NCBI RefSeq assembly: GCF_009914755.1
Contig: NC_060942.1
Reading direction: 5' to 3' (one strand)
DNA: 64,000 nucleotides
Origin: the human T2T-CHM13v2.0 reference genome, Homo sapiens
Each line of letters starts with the position of its first letter. Position 1 is the stretch's first letter. Position numbers and translations under genes: made by a program. Under the pieces are notes generated by a model. That model saw nothing but the letters and a program-made list of their open reading frames with translations, was not told where the DNA came from and did no database searches. This document shows, piece by piece, positions 14,966 through 28,350 of the stretch.

Positions 14966-15945
14966 TTATTAGCTTACTCCCGGTCCAGATGACTGTTTTG
15001 AAAAGCAAGAACTATATACAGATAATATCAAGTCCAATAAATCATGCCCTTGCCTAGCATGACCAATACGGTAACTGTGGATATATCTCCTGGATTCCAG
15101 AGGTAAATACTATTCATTGAAGGACCATTAATGTAGGAACTTTTAACATGAAACACTTGTAGAAAACTATAAACTATCCAAGTTATATATCTCGTGATTT
15201 CTAGAAATCTTACTCTAACTTCTCTTAGACACACATCAAGAGACTCACTCCTTTCTAATTTGTGTTTCTAAAAGTGAACAGAATGAAACAAGTGCTGCAA
15301 GCAAAAAACTACGTATAATAATTATTTTAATAGTTTCCTTTTACATAGTAGCATGCAAACTGGTTGCTACTTTAATGTCAATATTTACAAACTTATTTTT
15401 CTGGACTCCTCAAAGTCAGTGACTTTATATTACATTTAGTATAACATGGGCCCGTTTACCATCCCAGCACTATTTATTCTAGTTCCTGACCCCTTATTTC
15501 ACTGCCAACAATGCGTTCCTCCAATCCCTGTTGCTGATTGGGATCACATGGACTCCCTAACGGTGAGTTACCAAGCTGCAGATAATTTAGTAGGTACAAA
15601 TATTTCAGTTACAGTCTCTTCTTTGGTAAAATTACACTGGCCAGAAATTTGGTCTTGTGTGCATGTAGTACAGCGCCACATATACGGACTGCGTTATATA
15701 AATAATGAAAATTAAATTACAGGATTTTAGGGACACATTCCAAACAATCCGTTTTCCTGCCAACTACACTGGGCGCATGACCAGCTGTGGAGAAAAGAAT
15801 GTCCTCCTCTTCTTAAATCTTTATGTAGCCCTTTTCATTGATGGTGATAAAAAAGGGTTGAATCAGCTGTTACGCCCAACCTTCTAAAATATCCACATCA
15901 AAATCTTAACACTTATCCCCAAAAACCTCTCTGTTTAACGTTTAG

Positions 15946-16330
<385 letters not shown>

Positions 16331-16409
16331 CTCTTTACATATTATTCTTCAAACACCTCAAAAATCATTCTCCTGCTGCATGCTGTGGCTCCTGCAATCA
16401 ATCACAGCT

Positions 16410-16610
16410 AATACTTCTGGTGCTTTCTGTATGCATCACTTTACACGGACTAGCTTATTTACTCCTCGCAAATCCATGAAGTGGACACTCTTGCCATTTT
16501 ACAGATGAGCAAACTGAGACTCAGAGAGGTAGGTAAGCTTTTCCAAGGTCACAATGTTAGCGAATGGCAGAGCCAGGCTTCAACCTCAACGGCCTGACTC
16601 CGGAACCGAG
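16410..16610 (-). mobile_element. MIR
   Basis: ccattttacagatgag.aaactgag.ctcagagagg...ccaaggtcac. Confidence 0.8.
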
Positions 16611-19600
16611 CCTCTTCAGCACCACCCAGGACTCCTCCAACCTGTCCTAACCACAGTCAAGTTCTCAGGTTTCCATCTCCACGAGAAACTTCCAGTGTTC
16701 CTTCCGACTCTCCATGGCTCTGTACCTCTGAGTAATCTTTCACCGTCTCTCCTGCACATGGATTATTCCTGCACCTCATACTTGCCAAGTTACGGTCCTC
16801 AATTTATTTCAAATATGCTTCAGAATATCTCGTCCTCCTCAAAAGCCTAGTGGAAAATAAGATGAAGGAAATAGGACTTTTTTTTTCCTCCTCCTGCTCA
16901 ACTGTGAGGGAAATAAGATTTAAAAGAGCACAAGGAAAAGAGAGAAAAACAAACTCCTGGCTTCTACTTTTTCTGGTAAAACAGGAAAAACTATTTTCAA
17001 TGCTGAATTAGGCCCCAGACTGGTAGACTAAAAAATGTCAAATGACAATGACAATCACCATTTTCAGTCAGCTCCCAGGAAGTCCACAGTGACATATAAA
17101 TATCTAAAATTCAAAGGTAACTCTTGAACACACTTTCTTTCAACACTCATTTACTGAAGGTTCTCTAAGTGCAAAGCAATCCTCTATTTAGCTCATTCAA
17201 ATATCCCATTCCATCTAGGATTGCTTTTGGTCTATACGTCTCCAACTACAGTGTATGCTTCATGAGGTCAGGTACTAGTTCATGCCTATCTCTTTATTCC
17301 TTATAGAAACTAGAAGTTCACACCCAGAAATGATGGCTGAAATAGAACTAAATTGATTTCTGTTGTACTTACAGTAGTTTATGAATAAAATTAAGGTCAT
17401 TAATATATAATACATAATTTAAGTTTAATCTTGACATGTATGACATGGGAAAGATGTTACACTCATCTTTTAAAATTAGCTACTACACCTCTTTGTCAGC
17501 CCCAAGATGAACTTACTCTAAAATGAATTAATTACTGACTTGTGACCAATTTTTTCAATGCTAAGAAGACATTTTTTGAGTGATTTCATTCATGCTTAAG
17601 CAACACCACCTTAAAGCACTGGGCTTTTATTTTTTCAGTCGCCAAGAGGAGAAAAGGCCAGGCCACGGGACACACCAGTGCTGACTGTGAAAACGCTGCA
17701 GAAATGAAATGTAACTGTACCAGGAATACTGTTTTTATACATCGCTTAATGGGCAAAATGCCACTGAACGCATGGCTGCAGTTCAATTGACGTGTTCTGC
17801 CATCACCAACAGCTGCAGAACCCCCGGACTGAACCGCAGCCTCCCCATTAAAGCTCGTTTCATCCATTGTTACTCATAATATGATCTAAAGGAACATTTA
17901 CAGGATCTCATAGAAAGTTTAAATGTTGTTTGATGAGAGTCATTAGACATTTAAATCAGAAATGAATGGCACAGCAAGAGAAGCAATCACATACACCTAA
18001 AGTAGAGCACAAAACTTACAGGGTTTTCTCTCTACTCGCTCACTGCTCATATTTGCACTTGCGTACATTATAGGAAGAACAGAAACCACAGAGGGAGAAA
18101 AAGCACAGAAGTGTCACATACTGTTTCAGGTATATATTCCCACTGCTCAGGAGCCCAGTGGAAGCACATCCTATGGTATCACACACACAGATCATTTCTA
18201 TAAGAGTGACTTAGAGACAAACAGCAAAATTCCACATTTGCAACCAACCAAAGCACTTAGATAATTCTGAGGAAAAATATATCATATATACATACATAGC
18301 AGTCACTTCATGTCCTCTTTTGGTGGTTTTGTTCACTAGACTTCATTTAGGTAACAACGTTTGCTTCCAATAAATCCTCAACATCAAGACTCTCAGAGTA
18401 CTTGACAGAAAAGAAGGCAAGGGAACATGGAATAAATGATGACTGTGACTTCGCAAATATACCCCTCAATACCCAAGAGCATTGCTTTAAAATTGGGATT
18501 TCCATCTGGGTATACAGAAGTGGTGCCCTAGAATACATAATGATACAGGATAAACATCAAACATACGTCATCCTGAGTTTCAAGTTCATGGATATTCTTT
18601 GTTCCAGCATGCAAATAAATTTCAAGCTTTGGGTGGCAATTTTCAGCCAAGTCCCCAACTCCCTGTGTTTATGTATTTACTCTCTGTCTTTAGTTTGGGT
18701 GGTAAAGTTTACGAAGCTCAGCAGTCTGTCTTGAACACAGCAGATCAGTAAATATCCAGCATGAGTAGTATGATGTATCATAACATTCAAGGATTTGGGT
18801 GTGGTGAAGGTAGCGGCTGCTATAAGCATATTTAGGAGATCAAAGACTTAAAAACTGTATTAAATATGCAAGTCCTAAAATAAGACTCACAGAATATTAG
18901 GATGTTATAACCCTAGATAGTATCAAGACCAATTCAATGAATCCAATTTTTCCACTTACTTTAAGAGAAAGAGAAAGGTATGTAAAAGATGATAGTCTAA
19001 AGGAAAAGAAAAAAACAAGCAAGCATCTATCCTGGTCTCAAAGCATATTGCAATCATATTCATTATTAAATTTTTGAAAATACATAAAGAAAAATTAGTT
19101 AGATGGTAGTGATAAAATTATCTAAAACAAAACATAAAGTCACTCATAATTTTTTTAAAAAAGATTTGCAGAACAGATTTAATGACTAAAAGAAATCTCA
19201 AAGTCAGCATAGTATATTGAGATGACAGAACCCTAATTCTACTTTTAAAGGATTATAAACATTATATATTAGACTCTTATGGGTAATGCCATTCCATTCT
19301 GTGCTTAACTATCTCAGTAAAATTTAGAAATGTATTTTCTCTTTTAATTTTAGGGTGGAATAGGAGGAGGGGAGAAAATAGAGCATCTATTGAGAAAGCA
19401 GAAAAAATTTGAAAAAATTTAATTTATTAATAAACACTAGTTTATTATAGTTTATTAATAAAACACTAGTTTTATTAATAAGGGTACACACTGAATTCTA
19501 ACTTCCCTATATATTCTTCTCTGGTTTACAGTGAATGGAAGTAGTGGTTTATTTCTTTGTAATCCATGAAATTCTTATATTTTTTATTTTCTGCCTTATA

Positions 19601-21599
19601 TTCGTGTGTACTCCTCTGAACATGACTTCTCATGTATAAAACTGAAATAATCAAATTATTTCTGAGGATTTAAAAGTATTAAAAACATATCTGTGGAAGT
19701 ACTCTGAAAGTTCAACAGAAAGCACAGATATTATCACACTCTTCTTTGAAGGAAGCAAGCGGCTGCCATATACAATGTGCATGTACAACCCCAGGGGGTG
19801 CCATGCAGTGGCCCTGGCATCACCTGGAATTTAAACATCTTCCCCAGGCCCCAGAACAGATCTTCATATGCATTTATTTCTCCATAAAGGTTTGTGAAAC
19901 CAAAGTGAATTCTGTAACTTCACCATTTTAAAAAGGAAACTAAATGAAAATGTTAATATAAAACATTAATAGAACAAATAGCAGATGCTGCCTATTAATA
20001 CAAAAACATGAGTGACAGGGATCAACAGCAGGCTTTTTCCTTCCCTTTCTTTATTCAATTCAAAAAATACTTTGGCTTGATATCTTAACTGCAGGTAATT
20101 TTTTTTCCTGACCCATACTCATACTTAGATTATGTTTAAATAATTCACCAGGAAAATATGTTTTGAAGAGCCTAGCTCTCATTCATATTTCTTTTCCAAA
20201 AATTTTTTGTCCTTCCATTGAACTCTGGAGGCAAGTGGCTGACTGTATCAATCAGCATATGTTCTTAGGTTAACAATAATTTGTCACAGCTAGACACTCA
20301 ACTCACAAAATGCAACCTGTAAAAATGTGAAAATCTCATACTACAAATTCAAACAATGCGAATACTAAAAAGAAAGCTGCCTACCCAGGCAGGGAAAGCC
20401 ATCAGTTTGACTACCTGAACTAGATGTGACTCTCCAACAGACTGAGAAGTTTTCAAATTAATTTGGTCACTACTGTAACCATATATCCAGGGCACAAAAC
20501 ACATTAATTCAGCTTAGAGGGGTCGAAACCATAAAATGGTAACATTTTCAGAAATACGACTTTTAGATCTAATAGAAAAATATTTAGGGTGAATAGTTGA
20601 TCTGATAGTACTGCTGGTACAGATTTGCAAAAACTATGAACATAAATACACTGTACATAATGCATTCCCTCAACAATCTGCCCACTGAATATTTTATGCA
20701 TATTGTGTGCGTTCTCATAAAAACTGTTGTTATCCAATTCCTACAACTGCCAGAATTAAAGCCATAAAACTCTCAGTTAAAACTGAGGTAGAGAAGTCTC
20801 TAATCCTTCCTTCTCAATATGTTATATCAAATGTCTTTTAGTAACTGCATTAGAAAGCAATTACAGCTTAATAGCTGTCTAAATCCATTATCGGTGTACA
20901 TTTAACCTTTCAATATTTAAAGATAATATTTAATTTGAGCAAATTAATGGACTGCCTGTGAGACCAAATACATCTATTTAGTCTTTCTGGTTTCCTATCA
21001 ATGATATTTCTCTTTAGAGACTGGGTCTTGTGACAAGAAGTCTGGTAAGAATGGAGTTCTTTCTATTTGTAGTTTAAACAGATATTAATAAAGGAGAAGC
21101 CAATCTAACCCCAAATGAGAAGTAATGTCCTTATTAACTGCATGTGTCTTCTGCCATTAACAAAGCTGCTTTTAATTCTTTGCAGATTAATTTGTATCAT
21201 TAATAGTTAAGTGAGCTTATATACCTTTATCTTTCAGTGTGATTTTTTTTTTCAAATTCCACATTGTTTATTCTCTTTGACTTTCAAAGGAGTGAGTGGT
21301 TTTCCAGAATAGCATTTTTTTCCACAATGCTCTGTATCTCACATCCCCTGCTCAAGAGCAATAGTGTTTAAGAACTATGATAATGGCTTCCACATCTCAG
21401 TTATATTTGATGAGACTAGATCAATCAGTAAAAATGCCACTGTAAAAAGAATAGAGCCTAATTTCTCAATAGTATTATATTCATAAATGTAAATAAATAA
21501 GATATTAAATTCACAATAGTAGATATGCAGCTATCAATAAGCAAATGCAAATTCTCCAACTGAACAGTTTCATGATTTAAAGACTGTTGCACTGAGAAT

Positions 21600-21742
21600 T
21601 TCTTTCTTTCTTTCTTTTTAAAATAGAGATGGGGTTTCACCATGTCACCCAGGCTGGTCTCAAACTCCTGGGCTCAAGCTATCCACCTGCCTTGGCCTCC
21701 CAAAGTACTGGAATTACAGGCATAAGCCAATACACCAAACCA
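21600..21742 (-). mobile_element. Alu left monomer (FLAM-like)
   Basis: Single reverse-complement monomer. Confidence 0.8.
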
Positions 21743-23016
21743 CATGGAGAATTTCAAAGGGAACTTTTCCCATTGTATAATAAATACACATGTGTATATT
21801 ACCTTTATTTTCTTAAATAAAGGTTAAAGTTACTCATGTTGCTAATTAAAATAAAATTACCAAATCATCATACCTCATTACTGTTATTCAGTTCAGTTCA
21901 TGAGCATTTAGCATCTACAAATCTGTAAAACTTAAGAGAATTCTGTTGACATTTTAGTCACATTGACAGGTTAATATAATCTAAACAAAGTACTTTAAGA
22001 GTAATTTAAAATTTAGCTTGTCCCCATCACTTACTTCTCCCATTCCCAACTTTATGTAAGTCTCTGGGAATCTAGGAACAACCCCCTATTTATTGCTCAT
22101 CATCCAAAAACACCTCTGCTTTTGCTATACCCATCTCCTAAAAATGTAACTTCCATTTCAAAGGACCATTGGATCAACTAATTCATATCGGTATGTGTAA
22201 TTCCTGTTTAATGCAATGATTTTCTTCCATGAAGTATGGCATCAGTTGGATTTTTAATACTGCTTCTTTATCCAAATCGATGCTTAAAAGCATCTAACGT
22301 GTTCTAGTTGCCCATAAACTAATGCAAACACACAGACACACAGACACACAGACACAGACACAGACACACACACACAAAGTAGGGAGCAGTAGTGTACACC
22401 TGTAGTCTCAGCTACTCAGGAAGCTGACACAAGAGGATCACTGGAGCCCTGGAGCTGGAGTCCAGCCTGGGTAATATAGGGAGATGCCATCTCTAAATGA
22501 CAAAAACAAACACAGAAAAAGCCACACTAATAGAAATTACTGATAGGAATGGAATGATGATTGCATTTATTTATTTCATTTATTTTATGATTAAAATTCT
22601 GAAGAAAACAATCCAAAAGACAATTAAAATGTAACTTATATCAAGGAGGAAAATGAAAAAAAGAAAAAAATGTTCATAGCTGCTATCAATTTTTTTCTTG
22701 TTCAAAAACAAATCTAAATATATTTAGAGAAAATACATTCACATGGTTCAAGGGTCAAAATAATACAAAAAGTTATCTATTTGGAAGTCTCATCCCCATC
22801 ACACTATTCTTTACTGCCTTCCCCACCCCTACTCAGGTAACCACTTTGGTTTCTTGTGTTTTTTTAAATGCAGATACAACAAAATATAAGCATATATTCC
22901 TATTCTCCCCCTTTTTACATGAAAGACAAATTGACATGTAAACTGAAATGACAGTTCAGTCTGACATGTCCAGACTGAAGTAATCACATGGAGTGGGAAT
23001 ATTTAAAAATTACATG

Positions 23017-23312
<296 letters not shown>

Positions 23313-25615
23313 TAAAAGAAAAAATTTCTGAGCCAGTAGAAACTTGTATCTCCAACCAAAATGTAGAGGTTCCATATAAACTACAGTTTATTTTATGATG
23401 CTGTATCTTCCAAATCTGAGTATGTAGGAAAATCATCATAAATCCAGCAAAAAGTAAGCCAACCTACTAAGAACTCTAAATTGGAATATTTCCACTGTCA
23501 TTTTCCCATTTGAATCTTATTAATTTTAATCAGCAATTATGAAACTAGAAAATAAGTAACAACAATGGATCTCCCTAGTAAAATGTCTATAAAATCAACA
23601 AAATAATTTTGAATTACTTATGCCCATACAAAATCTAAGTATTTCTCAAAAATAAAATTAACAACACTAGAGTCACACATCCTGATTATAAAAGTATATG
23701 GATAAGCTTGAAAGATGCCCTTTAATTTCTTAATAGATTACATTGGGCCAATCGAAACAAGAATTAAAAATCAACTCATTAAAACGCAGATTCTGTTAGT
23801 TATTGTTATCGTTTTTAGGTATGGTTTCCATGGGGCATTTCTCTTTGAAAGGATGTGATATACTTATTTAGGTCACTCTCCAATGGCACAATGAGGCTTT
23901 ATGCTAATGATCAATAAAAAAGTGACTTTAATGCATTCTAGTACTCACTTTCCTAGATGGGGAGATTGGTTGCCTGTGTGACTCTTAATGGCAGGCAGGA
24001 AGAGAGAGGGCTAAAGAAAAAGCATACATTTTGAGAAATATGGCAGTAAAGTCATTGAATAGACTATTTCTGGATAAATACAGATTTCTGGATAAATAAA
24101 AAGTATGGTTTGTATATATCTCCCCCCTAAAAAAAAAAAAAAAAAATCAGTCTGATCAAGGATCAATCCATACACCCACTAGGCATTCAACCATGAGACC
24201 GTCAACATCAAAGCCAACTAGAACACGTTCCCCAAAGCAAAAAAAAAAAAAAAAAAGTAATTGTAAGTTAGACTTCTGCTTGTGGCTATCAGAAATGTTA
24301 CCTTAATTTGGCCTTAATGACCCATAATCACTTTTAGCATATGCCTTTTAAGACTGCTATTATTCAGCTTGATCTATGATATAATGGAGCAGAACAGAAC
24401 TGTAGGTATAATTAAAATAAGTTCCTGTAAAAGTGGAATATGTAGTACGTTGCTAATGTGTAAATGAATAAATAACATAATTAGGTGAAATGAAGTGCAC
24501 TTATAAACACGGATACTTAAACCGAATCATGATAATGTTGTGTGTACATGAATATATTCTTTAAAAAAGGTTTATTAACCAAACAGTAGGGCAAGAAATA
24601 CAAAGAAACTAGGACCTATAAAATTAACACCAGTTAACATTGGCTTCTGAATATAAACTGATAAAACACAACTTAAATTACTTGTAGCTGTCAAAAATGT
24701 TAAAAATTATCATAGGGTTTTTTCTTTAAAAAAAAAAAAAAACTTATTTTGGTAGAAATCAAATTATAAGTGACCTAGTGCCTTGATTTGGGCTCCAAAG
24801 TTTTATGCTTGGTGCTAAAGGGTGGTTTTGTAAAATTAATAATTAAATAAATCTTTTTTTCCATTCCGTAAATGTAAATAAACCTGCCTTACAATTAAAC
24901 AGAAGCACCTTTCTGGTTGTACTAGGAAAAACATGAATGTTAACATTCACCCAAAAATGCTGCCTCCTGAAGCAAGAAAAAGAAGCAGACAAGCCCAGCG
25001 CAGGGGGTGGGGAGTATAAAGTGCACATGTGGGGCCTTGATTCAAAACACAGCTGCTGGATCTAATTTTAGGCCAACTGGCCTTGCCATTGTCTCTTAAC
25101 AAGAAAAATTTCCCCACTGAATATTAGAAGCTGTAAAATAAAAGCACATAATAATATATATTCATTAGTTAACTTATCTTCACCATTGCTGTTTTATATA
25201 GAAAATATGTAATGCAACCCATCACAGAGAAAAAATTAACCAGGGCTGTACAGACGATTTCCGTAAATGAAGTTTTATTCCAAACAAATGACCCATGATG
25301 ATCCAGAAATACATGGACATATATGCAGTGCGTAATGCAAGACTAACTCACATGTTCAATAAAAGAATTCAAGTATTTGTGAGCACTCCATATATGAACA
25401 TACATGAATGAAATTACCGACTTTTCATAATTCTAATAAGGGTATTAACTGCTAACATTTATTGAGCTCTTAGTATGTGCTAAATTTAGGGCTCAGTGCT
25501 GTCATCGGAAGAGTTAATTCAATCCTTACCACTCTAATGGCAGGTAGGTCCTTTGAGGAGCACCATCTTACAAATGAGGAAATTCTATCCGAAGCCACGT
25601 GACTTCTCCAGCATT

Positions 25616-25728
25616 TAGGCAACTGACATATGTGGACATCTACCAGTAAGAAGGCTTCTCTGATCATGCCTAGGCAACTGACATATGTGGACATCTACCA
25701 GTAAGAAGGCTTCTCTGATCATGCCTAG
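25616..25728. repeat. Perfect 55-bp tandem duplication
   Basis: taggcaactgacatatgtggacatctaccagtaagaaggcttctctgatcatgcc x2, plus tag. Confidence 0.95.
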
Positions 25729-27106
25729 CCATCTCTTTGAGGAAATTATAAATAACAGTATGGCACAATCTCATATACTCCCAGGCTCTTAAGTAATAAA
25801 GTCATGATAAACTTCACATAAGTGCATCCAGAGCATTTGCTGCCACCATCAAGCAGGATGATGAAGTATGTGTCTATCTGTGAACTCCTTTTTTTTTTCA
25901 GAAGGGAACCATATAAAAAGTCTGTACTGTTCATAAAGTGATCACTACATCCTTATTCCTAAAACTGTAGCAAAATATTGAAATTTTTATGTAAGATGAT
26001 TTTCCTATAGAAATGTATCATATCTTTCATTAGATTCCCAAAGCATTCCATGGTTCTGAATATGTTCAAATTCCCTGGCTTTCATTGCATGGCCCTAGCC
26101 AAACTTTGAGTATCCCATCCTTCACCTGTCTTCATGACTCCAGTTATAATCTTACAGAACTACCTATGATTTGTAAAGTTCACAATTGCACAGACATTTC
26201 CCTCAGCTCAAGCTGCCTTTCAATCTTCTTTTGTCTAAGAATCCCTACTCATCCTTCAAGACCCAACTGCTCAAACTCTGTGCAGGTCTCTTGCCTAGCT
26301 TCCCTCTACTCCAATGATACAGATTTCCTAGTGGTGCCCTATACATACATGCTTCTAATTGAGAACTTATCATACAATAGGATAATATTTTATATACATG
26401 TTTATCTCCTTCAATGTGAGTGCCTCGAGATCCAAAACTATTTTATTTCTCATTTTTTCTATCTCAAGCTTTCAACACAGACCTCCACACATCTCCATAG
26501 ATGGCTCAATACATTGGCAAAATTAATTAATAAGTGAATGTGTAAACAAATGCTACAAAAATAATCAGTTAAGGACTCTGTCTAACACAGTGCTATACGA
26601 TGCAAAATTCCTAAGAAACAATCTTTGTCCATAATGATCTTCCTACTTAATATTTATCTAGTGATGTATTTATACCCATCCTGGTTCCATAAAGAATCTA
26701 ATCTATTCCTTATAAAATGTATTTCACATACATGACATGTTTCTCATAACAATCTTCCTCTACTTTTAGTTTGTGTTTTAATTTTTAGATAGCTTGTCTG
26801 TTAACAAGAATAAGACATGCTCACTCCAGTATATTAAACACATTAAAAATATGAAGAAAACAAAAATCCCTCATACAAGAAAACTGTCCTCATTCATTGT
26901 TTAATTTTTCTCATCTGTAAATTCCAGGACCTCAAAGTGATGTCCAGAGCAATAAAAAATTAGTGAATGAAAAGCCTGATCTAAAATAAAATGTCAGTTT
27001 TTCAAATGAATAAATTCATTAAGACTTAAAGTATATTGTCCAAGATCACATTGCTGATGATGGAAAGGGCTAAGAGGGGAGGCCCTAAGATACATTTCTT
27101 TCATCT

Positions 27107-27327
27107 AGGGGTCTACAAACTACAGTCCCCTGGGCAAAATACAACTACTGTCTGTTTTGCAAATAAAGTTTTATTAAAATACAGTAATGCTCATTGGTTT
27201 CTTTGCTGTCTATAACTGGCTTCATGCTACAACAGCAGAATTTAGTATTTGCAACAGAGAGTCTGTGGTTACAAAGCCAGAAAGATTTACCATTTGGCCC
27301 CTCTCAGAGAAAGTTTGCCGACCCCTG
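27107..27327. mobile_element. MER58A-like hAT-Charlie element
   Basis: Inverted ends aggggtc.acaaact / agtttgccgacccctg and internal aaataaagttttatt. Confidence 0.8.
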
Positions 27328-28046
27328 CTCTAGTCCACATCATTCTACTTTCAGAAACATGTTTATTCTCTAGTTCTTTACTGAGGAAGGATGATTTTCA
27401 TTTTTAAAAAATGTCCTTTATAGATACCTATATAGCTAAGAGGTAAAATGGTAACATTCATAACATAAGAGACTGAATATTAGCATGAGGCTTTTTTAGC
27501 TTTATAAAATCAAACCACGGAAATGTATATTTGAACCAGTGTCCTGCCAGTAACCAAAATATACAGCAAAGAAGGCAAGAGCCAGGGAAGGCCCTAGGGA
27601 AGTTCTGGACAAGAAGTTAGTTCCCCTCACAACTGGGCAGCCCCCTCTCTATCTCCCCAGCAGTGTGTCCCCCTGACTTCCTTGTACCCTCTGGCCTTTG
27701 GTTTGGCCAAGGGCACACCCTACCAGTCCAATAAAACCAACTCACCCAATCACATTTTCCATATCTATTTCACCTTCTTGATTTTTGCCATAACTAAGTA
27801 CTAAATGTACTTGTATATGGTTAATATTTTTCTTTATAAATAATTAACTTAAAAAAATAAACAACTTAGCCTTCTACCATAAATAATATCTATAAGTCCA
27901 GGCCTAGTTGTGCTAGTTACATTTTTTCTAAAACATATTTAACCAGAGATAGGTAGATAGACAGGCAGATACATAGATACATAAATTATACATACATACA
28001 TAGAAAGAAAACAGACTGACACAACTACTGGAATAAAAAATGCTTT

Positions 28047-28350
28047 GGGCCAGACACAGTAGCTCACACCTGTAATTCCAACACTTTGGGAGGCCGAGGC
28101 AGGCAGATCACTTGAGCCTACGAGTTACGGACCAGCCTGGGCAACATGCTGAAACCCTGTCTTTACAATAATACAAAAATCAGCCAGCTGTGGTGGTGCA
28201 CTCCTGTGGTTCCAGCTAGTTGGGAGGTTGAGGTGGGAGGATCACCTGAGACCAGGAGATTGAGGCCTCAGTGAGCCGTGATCACACCACTGCACTCCAT
28301 CCCAGGCAACAGAGTGAGACCCTGTCTCAAAAAAAAAAAAAAAAAAAAAA
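28047..28350 (+). mobile_element. Alu (J-like)
   Basis: Dimeric Alu with poly(A). Confidence 0.9.
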
